Source: Chiloscyllium plagiosum
Lineage: Eukaryota
Length of the DNA stretch: 35,194 bases
Assembly (NCBI RefSeq): GCF_004010195.1
Contig: NC_057719.1
Coordinates: 10,092,170-10,127,363 of the forward strand
Reading direction: 5' to 3'
Shown: positions 33,085 through 35,194 of the stretch, piece after piece
Position numbering within the stretch: position 1 is the first letter of the stretch
How the letters are laid out: the number at the start of each line of letters is the position of its first letter
Notes under the pieces: generated by a model
Seen by the model: only the letters and a program-made list of their open reading frames with translations
What the model was told of the DNA's origin: nothing
Databases searched by the model: none
Program-made: the position numbers and the translations under genes

Positions 33085-34803
33085 TGATGTGCTGGAGGCC
33101 AGCAACAGCAGAATAGTATTCAACAATAGTCTGCAATATCATGGCCTAGCATATTCCCCCACTCTACCATTGCCAGGCGACCAACCCTGGCTCAACGAAG
33201 ATAGGAATGCCACCAGCAAACCTAAAAATGAGGTGAAGCTACATCACTGGACTGCCATAGAGAGGAGGCAGAATGCAATAGGCCGAGCTGAACAATCCTA
33301 CACCAACAGATCAGACTAGAATCTGGTTTCCAGCATCTGTAGTCATTGTTTTTACCTCCTTGAAAACTTGTAATCCTGCCACATCCACCTGTCAATAATT
33401 ACAGACAACTAGCTTAACAGGAGGAGGGCAGCTCCACAAATTTCCTCATCCTTACTGAAGGGGGAGCTCAGCACATCAGTAAGTCTGAACCCTCTGTAAC
33501 CCTCATCAGTCAGACGTGCTGAGTAGATGATCCATCTCAGTCTTCTCCAGAGGTCCCCAGTATCACAGCTGCCAGTCTTCATTCAGAAAATTCAATTTGC
33601 TCCCTGTGATATCAAGAAATGGTTGAAGAGACTGGATACTGCAAAGGGTATTGGCCCTGACAACATTCCGGCAATAGTACTGACCATGTAAGCTCCAGAA
33701 CTTGCCATTCCACTAGCCAAGCTGTTCCAGTGTGGATCCAACACTGGCATCAACTCAACAAAGTGGAAAATTGCCCAGTATGTCCTATACACATAAAATA
33801 CAAAACAATGTAAATTGTCAGTGACGGTGATGTGCAGTGACCATTTACACACCAAAAACCTGTTTGCTGACACTCAGTTTGGGTTCATTTTTGACCTCAT
33901 TGGAGCATTGATCTAAACATGGGCAAAAGAGGGGGGAGATGATAGTGACAGCACTTGACATCAAAGCTGCATTTGACAGAACATGACATCAAGGACCCCT
34001 AGCACGACTCAAGTCATTGGGGATCCAGGGGAAATCTCTGCACTGGTTGGAGTCAGACCTGACACAATGGAAAGTGCTCATGACTGTTGGAAGTCACACT
34101 GTTCCCAGGACATCACTGCACGAGCTCCTTATAGTAGATATTGTCTAAACAACCTGCTTGGAGATACTATTACACACCTCTGAAGCAGTTGGGACTTGAA
34201 CCCAGGGCTCCTAGCTCAGAGTTTCTCAGGTAGTGTTCTAGATCTAACCATCTTCAATTGCTTCATCAACAATCTTCCCTCAATCATAAGGTAAGAAGTG
34301 GGATGTTCACATATTGTTCAGTATCATCCATAACTTGTCAGATAATGAAGCAATCTGCGTCCATATCCAGCAAGATCTGGGCACTTTCTCTCAAAGATCT
34401 GGGCACTGTCAAATGTCAATCAACATCCATGCCACAAAACAATGACCATGCATAATACGAGAATGCCCCTTGACATTTCTGAATTCCCCAGCATCAACAT
34501 ACTGAGGGTTACCATTGACCAGAAACTGAACTGGACCTGTCATATAAATATATGGCTACAAAAAGAGGGCAGAGGCTGGGAATTCCGTGATAAGTAACTC
34601 ACCTTCCAATTCCTCAAAGTATGTACCTCTGGATGAGTGCAACTCCAACAGTATTCAGAAGACTCAACACCATCCAGGTCATAGCAGTCCTCTTGACTGA
34701 CACCTTTTCCACCACAGTACCAGTAGAGTGAACCACTGACACTGCAGCAACTCAACAAGCCTCCTTCAACATCATCTACCACCTCACAGGACAAGGGAAG
34801 CAT
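33085..34803 (+). mobile_element. LINE family B ORF2, long degraded copy with small nested inserts (~33320-33358 Penelope tail; ~34130-34225 SINE head on minus strand)
   Basis: GDQPWLNE; DIKKWLKRLDTAKGIGPDNIPAIVL; PLAKLFQ; WKIAQ; ALDIKAAFDR; TIDQKLNW; homologous to 27412-28205. Confidence 0.88.
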
Positions 34804-34887
34804 ATTTTTTCTATTCTTCCAGAATGAATTGTGGACTTTGTTGCCTAGGCCAGAATTTGTTGCCCATCCCCATTCCCTGTGAACTCA

Positions 34888-35194
34888 GTGCTGAAAATGT
34901 GTTGCTGGAAAAGCGCAGCAGGTCAGGCAGCATCCAAGGAACAGGAGAATCGATGTTTCAGGCATAAGCCCTTCTTCAGGAATGAGGAAAGTGTGTCCAG
35001 CAGGCTAAGATAAAAGATAGGGAGGAGGGTCTTGGGGGAGGGGCATTGGAATTGCGATAGGTGGAGGGAGGTCAAGGTGAGGGTGATAGGCTGGAGTGGG
35101 GTGGGGGCAGAGAGGTCAAGAAGATTGCAGGTTAGGAAGGTGGTGCTGAGTTCGAGGGATTTGACTGAGACAAGGTGGGGGGAGGGGACATGAG
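34888..35194 (-). mobile_element. Penelope 3' terminal region, runs off the window
   Basis: Reverse complement similar to 7040-7220 and 9960-10180. Confidence 0.9.
34952..34979 (-). ncRNA. Degenerate minimal hammerhead ribozyme motif
   Basis: Minus strand CTGAAGA-A-GGGC(TTAT)GCCT-GAAA-CATC. Confidence 0.6.

Overview
Repeat-dense eukaryotic DNA, not prokaryotic. The HE1-type SINEs, CR1/HER1-type LINEs, DeuSINE-like remnants and Penelope fragments point to a cartilaginous fish, probably a shark (inferred from recalled repeat families; no search was run). I could not identify any host protein-coding exon, so the window looks intronic or intergenic. Most listed ORFs are retroelement fragments or chance ORFs. 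There is a 461-N assembly gap at 1269-1729. The most notable structures are: (i) a ~1.7 kb foldback element with ~400-bp diverged inverted arms, a LINE in its centre and a micro-inversion in one arm (27006-28734); (ii) a decayed PIF/Harbinger-like transposon with TIRs and a two-exon Myb/SANT-like pseudogene (18357-19971); (iii) Penelope termini with minimal hammerhead-ribozyme motifs, including a head-to-head hairpin; (iv) a 93-bp-arm inverted repeat (9621-9957); (v) a SINE split by a CR1 whose interior is replaced by unrelated sequence, possibly a misassembly. I found no convincing wholly new biological system. Boundaries of old repeats are approximate.
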